A DNA stretch of 64,000 nt from Styela clava (lineage: Eukaryota): positions 17,732,001 through 17,796,000 of the forward strand of contig NC_135261.1 of the NCBI RefSeq assembly GCF_964204865.1, read 5' to 3'. The notes under the pieces are model-generated. The model was not told the origin of the DNA. It saw only the letters and a program-made list of their open reading frames with translations, and made no database searches. Of the stretch, positions 38,427 to 50,931 are shown piece after piece. The translations under genes were made by a program, and so were the position numbers. Position 1 is the first letter of the stretch; each line of letters begins with the position of its first letter.

Positions 38427-40102
38427 CATTTTATACACATCACCTCCATCGATTTCTATTTATATCGATTTAGTCAAACCAAGCGAATAGGCATCGCTAA
38501 TTTATCGCAGTGGGACATTAAGTTACAAAAATTTGAAAGACAATTTTCAGTTTCTTTTTCGTGACAGATATTATTTAAAACTTTGAAGGAATTTACAAAA
38601 TGGATGGTTTTTGAAGATGTTTGAAAATGTTGTTTTACTGTATCAAGTTAACTTAAACTGAATAATACTGGTTTCAATAAATTTCCGATGATCGAGTTAT
38701 CTATCTCAAATCATGTCAACAATGTTTAAAACTAGTATCCATTGAAAGTCCTTATCGAATTATGAGAGGAAATTCATTGTCACTGCACAAACCAGCCATG
38801 TTAAATACATGCAGAAAATATTATTTTGATAGTCCATTGAATATTCATATTATCAATAACACATTCGGTGAATAAAGTTTTCTGGGAATGAACATTGTTT
38901 TAATCTAACTTAAGGAATTTTAAGTCTCTTAAATTAGGATTATACAATTCTTAACATGTTGTTTTACCGACTTGACATCAAACAAAAATAAGTAAAAACA
39001 ACAAACGTTTCCGACGGTGCTTTATCTTTATTTATAAAGCTTTCGGGTGATTAGATATTAATCATGGCATATAATCTGAATGCGAGAAAAATCCTAATTA
39101 ATAGTAATGGTATTAAAATATCAAAGAACAGCACCTCTGAGCAAGCCAAATATGAATTAAATACCAAATGTAATATATACTCACATTTTGAAGTTATAAC
39201 CTAAAAACTATTTTATTTTATCATCTTGCATTACTAATACAATTTTGTGTTGAATGTGAAGCCCGTCTGCCTTACTAATGTAATCAACTTAGCGTCAGAA
39301 ATTTAATGTAGACAAATAGTTTTTTTTTGCTTTATTTATACTATTGGTGATACAAGTTGTTGTACGTATTCTCGCAAATACGTCAATAACTGTACGCATA
39401 ATAGTAACTACAAAACATCTTTTCACCGCATGAGCTCTAGGAGAGTTTTTTTAAATGTGAAAAGAATAATAATTATCATTTCACAATTTAGTTGATTTTC
39501 ATGTGATGTTTGTTCGAAACTTATGAAAAAAATGTTTCTAAGTAACCAGAACCAAAAGTTTCAAGCTTAGTTGGCATTGTTTTGCCATTCGTCAGAGAAT
39601 GTGAATTAGCATCTAATCATAGTTTTGAAAGTGGGCTTTTTAAATCTTGTGTTATATAAATACCCAATACGAAATTTTATGTATTTCGGTTAACGAAATA
39701 ATCACAAATTTTAGATTATAAAGACATTAATTTTCGATATATCTGGAGTTGGATTTTGCTGCAGTGTTTTTTTTTACTTTTGCAAAGTTAGTTGATGAAG
39801 TATTACCCAATTCACAGGTTATTATCTATAGTAAATATTATTGATAACTAAGATTCGAATTCCTCACAACAGATGAGTTTTTAATCAATAAAACAATACA
39901 TAATAATGTTGATGTAAACTTATATTGACTTCTTCAAGTTGTCATCATTAAAAATAAGAGGATAATATACAGATAAACTTGTATGAAACTTGTAGTAAGA
40001 AGTGTGATGTCACACAAAGCTCTCGTGTCAACCCTGTGCCGTGATGTATCGTGCAGTGCTGGTAATTAGAAATAAGTATAGATAAGTAATTAATCCTCTT
40101 GA

Positions 40103-40205
40103 CATTCACAAAAACATATGTTGGATCAAATGTCTTCGCAGTTGAATTTACAAAAATGCTTTTATCAGTTGCAAGTGATACGCGTGTCGAAGTCGAAAGT
40201 GTAAA
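40103..40205. promoter_or_regulatory. Middle conserved non-coding block upstream of Six3/6 B
   Basis: Paralogous to 34076-34190. Confidence 0.65.
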
Positions 40206-40636
40206 ATTTATTTTAGCGCTAAGTATGTTATTGATAATTACTATCAGTATGATTTAATATTTCATAATTTATTCAAAATAAATTAACAAGTACGAGAAAA
40301 CAAAGAAAGTTCATAAAAAGAATATAATAAGTTTTATGTACAATTGAGTTTGTTAATGAAAATATTTCAATTTTCGAAAGTTACTTTTTTTTTCTTAAGC
40401 TCGCTTCATTTTTTTATTTCAACAAATATTGTCACTTCCCATTCAAAACTTACTGATGAGAACACGTTTAAAAAACTATTACGCATTTTAGTTCATCTAT
40501 TTTTTTTTTTGGATTTTTAAATTTATAAATAAGTTATAGTTGCTGTCGTATATACTCTGCGTGATATTTTCTTCGGTAAATAGGACTCATTTGGTCTGGA
40601 ATAAGAGAACGCAGAAAAAGGAATTAGTGCTTACGA

Positions 40637-40662
40637 GAGAAAAAATAGGGATTAGACGTCAC
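40637..40662 (+). promoter_or_regulatory. Proximal motif of Six3/6 B: GGATTA plus CRE-like GACGTCA
   Basis: GAGAAAAAATAGGGATTAGACGTCAC, about 247 nt before the ATG. Confidence 0.6.
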
Positions 40663-40883
40663 GAAAATTCGACTATATTAAGCGAAATCTCTGAGATGAT
40701 TGAGCAATTCTTCGACATTAGTATCCTGAGTAGTTTTATTTGTAGAATGCTTGGCAGCCATTTTATGAACTGTTAGTCACTTGGGGTTTTTGCACATATA
40801 TTGAATCTCTTTTATGTTAAATCTCTTTTATGTATTGTATTAAAAAATTTTATAGTATATAGTGAAAATATTGGCTATAAAAC

Positions 40884-42414
40884 ATGAAGTTGTTTCCACG
40901 CGTAGAAATCGTAGAATCGAGTGAAGATTCTGATTCTCGAAAATCGTCAACTACCTCAAACTCTTTCGATGATATTCATTCAACTTTCCCTATGATAGAA
41001 AAGGTTTCTCAGGCCAATATTACTGCTTCCATGGAAAGAATTAGAACAATGTTGAGTTTACTTCAAAGATCTTCGCAAACTCCGATATTTCCTTTCCCTG
41101 TTCCGACCCTCGGTTCAAATCAGATTGCAAAAGTTTGCGATGCCTTGGCAGAAAATGGAGACATTGAGAGACTTTCTAGATTTTTGTGGTCTCTTCCAGC
41201 AACACCAGTAATTATGGAAGCTTTGCAAACAGACGAATCAATTTTAAGAGCAAGAGCACTTGTAGCATTTCATCAAGGTAACTTTAGAGAAGTCTATGGT
41301 ATTTTGGAACAACATAGATTTACTGATGCTGCATGGCACCATCGATTGCAAGCGATGTGGTTAGAAGCTCATTATCAAGATGCTGAAAGATCACGAGGCC
41401 GTTCACTTGGTCCAGTTGACAAATACAGAATAAGGAAAAAGTTTCCATTACCGAGAAGTATTTGGAATGGAGAACAAAAAAGTCATTGTTTCAAAGAGAG
41501 AACAAGAAATTGTCTTCGAGAATCTTATCTTCGAGATCCATATCCAAATCCGAGCAAAAAGCGTGAACTTGCAAGATTAACTGGTCTTTCGCCTACTCAA
41601 GTTGGAAATTGGTTCAAAAACAGAAGGCAAAGGGACCGTGCTGCTGCAGCTAAAAACAGGTTGGTTGTATAAAAGTATTTTTTTGCTTCTCGTAAAACTG
41701 GTCGATGTCAATATCTTGTCATTCCAAAAATATAATCGCGTCACCAAAAATGTGACAAGTTGAATGGCCACTTACAGCACAAACAGCTCCGCTCTTTTTT
41801 TGAATTTACGAGATATGGATTGCGTGGCACATCAAGTGTGCAACCACCAAAAATATTTAAACTTTTAAAAATAAAGACGTTAACTACGTTTATCAATAAA
41901 TATGCACAATCTACAAAAAAAAACTCTATAACTAACTCATGATTATTTCAGACTTATGAACCACAAACAAAATGGCGACGACCAACTTTCGCCAACGTCG
42001 GGGATTTATAGGCTTGGTGGAGAAGAAAAATCGTCTGAAGAGCGGCTAAATTATCAAAGACAAGCGTCAACCTCGGACGATCAAAGCTCTGTTGAGAATC
42101 ATACAACTCAATATTTAACACCTTCCTTGGCCGCAGCGGGATTTGCAGAAGCATCAAGCGAAATGTTGCCTCCGGTATATCGATCCAATTGTAGTATTTC
42201 TCCAATGACAATGATTCTAGATAAATCACGACATGTGCAATTTCGCAAATCTTGTGATTCATCAACTGTGTTGAATAATTTCGACTCCTTCTTACCTTAT
42301 CACGGCAAATCTGATTATCCAAGCAATAAACATTTTTCAAATTCCTTGAGATGTTTGGAATCAGCACACAGCAAGGCAAATGCTCGAGAAATGAATGACA
42401 ACAAAAATGTTTGA
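40884..42414 (+). CDS. Six3/6: Six3/6 homeobox transcription factor, paralog B (exons 40884-41659, 41952-42414; ~412 aa)
   Basis: Same domains and same intron position and phase as paralog A. Exon 2 is open and starts [13 protein letters not shown] (A: [13 protein letters not shown]); AATAAA at 42474. Confidence 0.95.
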
Positions 42415-43746
42415 GCTTGACTTAGATTGAATTTGATAGTTTTAAATATTATTGAAACTTTTTCTCAAAAATGAATAAAAACTTTGTGTACTGTGTCTAA
42501 TATTTTTTCATTGGTCGTACTTCAGTTGAATATGGAATTAAACGATCACAAAACGTTCAATAGCTTAAGATAAAAACAAAGCAAAAAGTCAGTTTGTCAA
42601 GTGCATTATGTCTCAGAACGAAACCACGTCTATTTCAGTATACAGAAAAACTATTTGAAAATCTTTTAGCTCGCCGTTTTACTTTAAACGATAAAAATCA
42701 TCATTAAGTATACTTTTCTTGGTTGGTATATTTTTATCTACAAGATTTTGTGTGCATTTGATATTACATATTTCCTTCCTCGAATACTAAAACATTACTT
42801 TCGATTTATTTGAAGTACACAAATGAAAATGTGTATGGGTCTCTATGAATCTCTAAAGTAAATGTGAATATGACACTTGGATTGCATAAAAAAGAAAGAA
42901 AGGCAGTTGGTTCATTACCGACTATTAATTTTTATGTTTTAATATTAAATTTAATACAAATTCCGAAAATGAACTGAAGATGTATCGCACAAATTCTCTT
43001 TCAACTTCTTTAGAAAAAGTAGGAATCTTTTGTGTGATAGTTTAGTATGCATGCAATAATCTAATACTAGTCGAGAAAAGCATTTTAGTTTAAATAAAAT
43101 AGGAATTAAGTAGCAATAGTACATCTGGGTAAATTGTCCTTTTTCGAGTTGGAACGGAACGCCGAAGAATCGAAATTTTGTTGTTCTTACCTGGACACAT
43201 TGGCTAATTGCGATAAAAAAAAGTCTATTTAAATATCTTCGTATTTATCCTTGACGTTTGTGTTAGGTGACAATGAACAAATAGTAATATTTATTCCACA
43301 CATGATTTGTTCGTAACGTTTTTACTATTCAAAATAATAATCAAATTACACTTCGCACCAATAGGTATATGCATTTATTGATTTAAGTAAACCAAGCGAA
43401 TACATAGAACTAAATTTCACTAAATAAAGCATATTTTCAACGCCATCAATACATTAAGTACATGTTCCATTTTGGAGTGAATGTTAAAAGCGGGTTGTAG
43501 TTTGAAAATAATTTGAATTCTATATGTATATATATAAGGCTGTTTAACTTACAGATAATTAGATGCCATTTCAGTGTGAGTTTTACAAAACACTTTATAT
43601 TGATGAAGTAAAATCATTCTTAGTCTTTATAGGTTTTTGAAATTTGTTAGTTGAACGATTATACGAATAAAACTTAAAATCCTCATTGCACCTATACTGT
43701 TATTTTTGTTAATTACGTATTCGCTATTATCAAAATTATTACTTTC

Positions 43747-44804
43747 AATTATTATACAAACATCGCTTGATTTGGCATCGACAGCTGGAATAAATTTTAT
43801 ATAATTGTATTTTGCCACTTATGTCAGTCAGTATATGTTTCATTACCAATTTATGGCATATTTTAAAATTCAATAAATTCTAATATATAGGTTTTACATT
43901 ATAATAGAAAACATATAAAGTATTCAAGCATCCTAATGCATAATTCATCTTGAAAATTAAGCATCCAAATTCATCATAAAAATTAATTTTATACGAGTTT
44001 TTACCGAATAACAACAAAAATTCATCGATGCTGTAATTATAAAATAAACGAAGTCAAAGTATAATATATCCTTGCAATGCATATTAATTACCCTCTACAT
44101 TGAAGGCCGGGTATAATTAAATTCCTGTGGATTTTTAAGGTTTCCCTTCAGGTATAATCATCGTGGAAACATGGTGAACGTTTCAATTATCAATACCTCT
44201 CCGAACGTTCCAATATTCTATATTCTTGTGCTTAATATATCTCCCTTATTACTCTAAATATTATCATAAAATTATCCCTTTTAATTATTAATTATTATAC
44301 AAACATCGCTTGATTTCGCATCGACAGCTGGAATAAATTTTATATAATTGTGTTTTGCTAATTATGTTAGTCAGTATATGTTTCATTACCAATTTATGGC
44401 ATATTTTAAAATTCAATAAATTCTAATATATAGATTTTACATTATAATAGAAAACATATAAAGTATTCAAGCATCCTAATGCATAATTCATCTTGAAAAT
44501 TAAGCATCCAAATTCATCATGAAAACTAATTTTATACGAGTTTTTACCGATTAACAACAAAAATTCATCGATGCTGTAATTATAAAATAAACGAAGTCAA
44601 AGTATAATATATCCCTGCAATGCTTAATTACCCTCTACATTGAAGGCCGGGTATAATTAAATTCCTGTGGATTTTTAAGGTTTCCTTTCAAGTATAATCA
44701 TCGTGGAAACATGGTGAACATTTCAATTATCAATACCTCTCCGAACGTTCCGATATTCTATATTCTTGTGCTTAATATATCTCCCTTATTACTCTAAATA
44801 TTAT
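43747..44804. repeat. Recent tandem duplication of ~520 bp (43747-44264 / 44290-44804)
   Basis: Two near-identical direct copies with scattered substitutions and small indels. Confidence 0.9.
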
Positions 44805-46161
44805 ATATATATTCTTCAAATATTGTCGCAGCATGATGTCATTTCTTGCTCATTTATCAAATCTACTTAGCAAGCTTAATCGTAATTTCAAAATAAGGAT
44901 CAGAGAAGCGTTACAAATTTGTGTTTTGTGACGCCAATTTTACATATTTGTCAGTGAGTAACTCGATCAATAAAACGTTATTATCGTAACACAAATTTGT
45001 GTGCACGCAATGGGTGGTTTAACTTTAAATGTATTCGTTTGCCATAGTGGCATTGTGGGTTGGAGATTACATACCATATTTTATTAAACGCGTATATGTC
45101 AAATTAGTTTACAAAAAAATTGAAAAGAAATATTTGATTTAAAACAACCCTTTGACAAAATACAAAACCCAAAATAAAAATCGCATTATCTCTTGTTAAT
45201 GTAAATAATCTGAATTCTAGTTTCGAACTTGATGGTGCAAAACTGGAATATACTAGAAGAGAACTATGTCGTACGGATCCCAAATGACAGAGAAATGAGA
45301 AGAATCAGTCTGTTATCTAAAAATTCGTAAAACAGAACACAATTGATGTTGACGTTATTCATAAACATCCTTAATGGTGTCTATTTATAACGATTCACAC
45401 CAAAAAAAACATAAACAACTTTTTTTAAACTTCGTACTTTACTGGAATAAAATTTCAATCAACAGTGAAACGATGTTATGATTAAAACTGCTTTCACCAG
45501 CATTATAAAATATGTGTGAGCTCTGTCCTGAAAGAAGGTTTATCTTCAGATTCACATTTTCCGGTAAAACGACCGGTATAAATTACTGTCAAAGATGAGT
45601 TTACTGCACTCTTTTTGCAATCCGCGTTCAACAGAAAAACATCGAGAACGTTAATCTCATTTAGACGGAAGAGCAATATATACGATGATTGTGCGGAGTC
45701 AATATGGGGAGTAATTACATGGTTGGAGTCAAATTAGCTTAAAACGTTTTACCAACTGTAAAACATTTGCTCCTCAGCGAAAACATTATTACAATCGACC
45801 CCAAATCTTTTTATCGACAGATTAGATTTCATTGAGTTTCATTAACTCTGAATTACCACCAGAGTTCGGTGTTTAGACCTGAATTTGAAAGGTTTAGTAT
45901 GATATTAGATGGACGAGAAACCTGTTACCTTAATTATTGGAATATAATACGAAAAACAATTTGTTTTTCTATTACGAAGGAAAGAGAGTTTCCTGATTTA
46001 TGTAATATCTCGATTTTACATTGGTTATACAAAGTCGAAATTAGTACAATATATTCTATATTTCCGTTTTTTGCATGTTATTATTTCTTCAGTTCATATT
46101 GTTTGCTCATCAATTCCTCGTATATTACGCAAGGTCTGGATCGATATATGACTGAATAGAC

Positions 46162-47163
46162 TAGCCTGCACAACTCAAATTACCACGAGGGCCGCAAGCA
46201 TAAATCTGAAGGCCCGGCGGGCCGCAAACTTTGCCACATACATATTTCACAAGATGAACTACAAATCAAAATAATATTGTGAAACAGTTAAATTTAATGA
46301 AACTCTTTCATTACTGGGGAGCTTAAAAATATGAAAAATCTTATTCTCTTTAGTAAAAACAAGGTACAGTATTTTTGCATATGAGATGACAAATATGTAT
46401 TTAGTGGTTCATCTACCTTGAAAACCCACCCTTCATTTTCAATATTTCTCTTTTATTAGAATTAGGTATTGCGTGTTGCAGTAAAAACTGACTGCAGGAA
46501 AATATTTCACTCAGGTTCCGTTTTGTAAAATCGTCCCAAATATATGTATGACAATTTATTTAGTCAGATCTACCATTATTGGATATTTCCATTGTAGCCT
46601 GGACAAATAATCCGTTTAGTAGCAATAGATAGATCTTCCTCTGTTGTACTTTTTTGACTGTTAAATTACATTTTTTTACAAAATCTGCTCCAATTTATTT
46701 GAAATTTTACAATAAATAGCAATATCTTTTGTTCAAAAATCAATTTGATTCAAAAAAAACTTCAGTTTCATAACCTGCCAGTAAAAAATAATGGGGCTAA
46801 TAATAGGTTGCTAATATGCACTAATGGGTGTGAGATTGTACACCGATATTGTTTTAAGCGTGATTCAGTTTGAATACTGAGATATCTAAATCAGGGTTTT
46901 CCACACTGGGGGGCGAGAGGTCAAGCGACGAATTTCATGGGTCGCGGAGGGCACACCAATTTCACACAACGTTCGATATTTATTGAAACTAGTGCAAAAC
47001 ATAAATCTCACGATTTCGAATACGAGTAGCGGCGCGCTTGCATAACAATGCCGGCTTAGGCTGTTAGACCTGAGAAGTGGCGTGTTTCCAAATTACCCGC
47101 GGGCCGCACAGAAGTATCTAGCGGGCCGCATGCGGCCCGCGGGCCGTATGTTGTGCAGGCCTG
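46162..47163. mobile_element. hAT-type non-autonomous element (~1 kb)
   Basis: Ends ..GCCTGCACAAC / GTTGTGCAGGCCTG, GGGCCGCA subterminal motifs, TSD GAATAGA(C/G). Confidence 0.8.
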
Positions 47164-50043
47164 GAATAGAGAATTGCACTACATAACATAACACTTTTAT
47201 CAATAAACGAGGTCATGTGTGCATTGAGATTAAACCCTATAATAGGTTATTATTCGAAAGATTATAGTACCTGAACGCAGCATGCATTGTATCTTCGAAG
47301 CAGGACAAAATTTAAGACGATATAAGTAATCATTACAAGTCTGACGCGAAAACAAAACAAGCGACGTCTCTGCCAGAGATTGCGCATGATCGTATGCACC
47401 TTCAGGAACTGGACACTTGTCGTATCTTATTTAAACAATAGCTACAGAAGCTATATCATAAGCAGTATCTAAAAGAGTTTATGTGGCGAAAATAAAATTG
47501 ATATTCCTTCTGTTTTTTTTTTTTTTTTTGTGGTACTCAATTAAACGCAATATTCGGAATATATCTTCTTCTTATGTTGTCTAGAACAACCGAGTCCTAT
47601 CATCAACAGATTTCAAAGCTCGAGCAGTCGAGTAGACAAGTAATCAAGTATTTATGAGAAATAAAAAATTTTCAAGTTGAAATGTGTGTCAGTTTGTCCA
47701 GGCCGCAATCGAGTAGAATTACTTTATATTAACAATTCGAGTCACTCCAAGTCTTTGAAATTAGTTATTCGTTAACAATTAGATTGAATGAGAAAACATA
47801 TACGAGGACGACATGAATAATACAACTCCGATTAAGAAATTATATAATTTTTCAGTGTAGAACTGCACGTTAGTAAATAGCCTACCGTTTGAAGCGATTC
47901 CTTTTAATACAATCATCCCAACAGCTATACGCAGTAGTGAATTCCGCATAAATGAGGGTATTTCGAAAAAAAATGCAAATGAAATGTTTGGTCTGGTAGG
48001 TGCAATGCTCATAAACCCAGTTTGAATACTGAGAACCTTTTTGAAGGGACAAGTTCCGAAAGTTCAGAAAAACACAATTCATTATAATATTTATAAAATA
48101 AGCATTATTTTGTAGACGGGAAAGAGTTTGCAGTTCGGACGCCAATCATATCTGATATTATTTTTTGAATATATTCTAGGACAGGAGTGTGCAACAGGCG
48201 GCCCGCGGGCCACAACTCGGCCCACCAAGCCACTTGGTGTAGACGTTATAACACTCAGATTTTCCTCATCAAGAATAAAATCGTAATCCGACAGTTTATG
48301 TTTAAAAAAGCGATCACGTGAGTAAATTTACATAATGCTTTTTGCTCTTGGCGCTGCGTTACATCTTTCGCCATTTGCCCGGTTCCTTGATTATTGACAG
48401 GCTAAGCGATTGCTGCATTTCTCTTCTCTTGCATTTTTCGCGCCGCTCTAGTTGTTGTTAATATTTTGATTCGTTGTGTGCATGGAAAAACTAATTTTTT
48501 GTATAGCCCAGCTAGATGTAGGGGGATGGTTATATGGCCCACCGACAAAAATGTCCCAGGCACCTGGTCTAGGAGGTTTAGTACGGTCACGAAAGCTACA
48601 GGCCAAATATGACAACAATACTACATACACGTACATATCGATGATCTGCACTGATGTATGCACTCACGAGACAAATGTCGTGGATCACGGTGAAGAGATC
48701 CAACTTTTATTGACGCGTTTTATATTCATTCCAATTCAAATCCGTGGAGATGCTGAGCCTAGCTGGACGAGAAACAGATGATTCACTCAGAATATCCTCC
48801 GAAATTGAAATTGGAGCTGCATCAGAATTATTATAACGATTTATTGATAATATTTTAGGTATTTCCGAGTTCAGAGAGACCTGTCACCCGAATCAAGTCC
48901 GTTTCGGAAGATTTAGTTGTTTATCCGACTTCTTATCAATACAAGAATAAAGAGTAGTGTCGCCAGCACAAATGAATATTCGATTATTTGGAAGGTTATT
49001 GATGGTCATTAGGAAGAGTGCAGGAATAAGAATTGCGCCTTTTTATGGCCTGGAACGCTGGCCATCGAGCATAATTTTTATTTTCGTTTAAGGGTAACGA
49101 GCGCTATTGCTTATTCACAGAAATGCATGACAACAAAACGACAAAAAGAATTCCAGTCGTACAAATCCTCATCTAGTTCATTCATTTATCAAAATAACAG
49201 TGTGCATCTATGACGTGACAAAAAAGCAATGGTAAGTGAGGATCAAACAATATAATCAAAATTGAGATGAGGATTGATTTCAGATTCAAAAATCTCTCAT
49301 CACGTGCGACAACGCTATTGTACTTCACTGCCATCTCGCGTACGGAATAGCGAAGCATATAGTTATTGCCCTGCAAGCATTTTTCATAATATATATTTAT
49401 TATATATAAGTTTATAACTTATCAAGAGAAGGTAAGCTATTTGTAGTTTATGTGATTATTACAAAAAAGAAAAAACAGATCCCAATACCCGAAACATGTT
49501 GCACGTCAATTGCGCAATTCCATGAATCTATCCTACTGCTGGATCAGATCTTCAGAAAATGCTACTACTAGGATGCTAAGCTTTATTTGCCGTGAGCTAG
49601 CCACTGTTTTTAATGCTTACTGTTTATAAACACACAATAACAGACCCAGGTAGGTAGATTTTCCCATTCCATCCTGGATGTGTGACCTATTTCTGCAAAT
49701 GTGTATCTGTGTATTCTCAACGATAACTATTTTCCGACAGTTTACTTTCTCTGCCAGTCAGTGGAAAATTTAGAATATTTTTGGCCGATGATCGAAGAAC
49801 TCTACCCATTCCATGGAATGGTAACTTTTCATCAATATATACAAAACTCCATAATTAAAATAAGGTCAAGTTTATTATTCTGTGAAAACATTAAATTTGC
49901 CTGACAGTTTAAAATAAAGAAAATGATGAATGGACATTTGCAAAGAAACCATCTAAGAGATATTATTTCTCAGTAAACTCAAATAAAAAAATCTATCTAT
50001 ATAACATTTAGCATCAATTTCAATCAGTTGATACATTGTCGAA

Positions 50044-50931
50044 TCACGAAGTGATGTGTTTTGTAAACACAAAAATAGGATACACCATTTCAACTTTTAA
50101 AAATATGTCTTCACTCAAAAAAACATTTCCGAGTTCGAGTGCCTGTCTGATGTTTAAATCAAAAATCTCGAGAGGATCTGTTGTTGGCTTGTCATGTTTC
50201 ATAAAAATAGCATATTCACCTGCAGTTCGGAAAACGTTTTTGAGTTGACGAAGGGTCATTTCTCTTTCACATACAATTTCTTGAAGCCATAATTTGGACG
50301 AATTTATGATTTGTTCATAAAATTGTCGATTTCGTTCTAATGCCGCAAAATTATTAGAATATGATTTTACATTGACAAAGAAGTCGGCAACAATCGGATT
50401 TAGTAAAACTATCTTATGTCTCCAGTCAGTTCCTCCAACGGAAAATTTTGTAATATTGCCCCAATTAATAGTATAAACAGCACAACATCCGCGCGGTTTC
50501 AGAACTCGTTCACATTCTTTCTCAAGTAATTGTAAGTCAAGAAAATGAATGGAAGTGGCGCATGTGATGAGATCAACACTGTTGTCTTCTACAGGAAATT
50601 TATAACTATCTACCAATTCGAAAGCAACGTTTCTACATTTGTTTAGTCGTTTTGCTTCTTTGATTTTAGCTTCGCTGATATCAATCCCCAGTATTGATTT
50701 AAAATGCGACGTAAAAGTTTGCGTTGACAATGTTCCACTTCCACATCCAACGTCCAACATTTTATCAAATTTTCCTTTTTTTCTTCTTGCATGTTGATTC
50801 TTCTCTAGATAGTTCATGATTGCTTCACGTAGCGCATCCGGGTAGGGAGGTCGATATATTGCATATATGTATGCTAATTCTTGATCTTCATACAATCGTA
50901 TGAAATTTGTACTGCTACCTTCCGACGACAT
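50044..50931 (-). CDS. Class I SAM-dependent methyltransferase (Methyltransf_11-like), coding region without introns
   Basis: Open 295-aa frame from the ATG at 50931. Motifs: YRPPYP, motif I MLDVGCGSG, GIDISE, FPVEDNSVDLITCATSIHF, ERVLKPRGCCAVY. Confidence 0.9.
   Translation of the reverse strand: MSSEGSSTNFIRLYEDQELAYIYAIYRPPYPDALREAIMNYLEKNQHARRKKGKFDKMLDVGCGSGTLSTQTFTSHFKSILGIDISEAKIKEAKRLNKCRNVAFELVDSYKFPVEDNSVDLITCATSIHFLDLQLLEKECERVLKPRGCCAVYTINWGNITKFSVGGTDWRHKIVLLNPIVADFFVNVKSYSNNFAALERNRQFYEQIINSSKLWLQEIVCEREMTLRQLKNVFRTAGEYAIFMKHDKPTTDPLEIFDLNIRQALELGNVFLSEDIFLKVEMVYPIFVFTKHITS

Noticed and set aside
41954-42379. 141-aa antisense ORF
   Set aside because: Shadow of Six3/6 B exon 2; no recognisable domain.
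34973-42414. The two Six3/6 copies as uncollapsed alleles
   Set aside because: Introns, exon 2 and flanks are far too divergent for haplotypes.
43380-43420. AAACCAAGCGAATA shared with ~38476, suggesting a third Six3/6 upstream remnant
   Set aside because: A 14-mer match is expected by chance in 64 kb of AT-rich DNA, and no third Six coding remnant was seen.
48240-49000. Possible transposase or exon remnants behind a hAT end at 48182
   Set aside because: Only short interrupted frames with no motif I can recognise, and no matching right TIR found.
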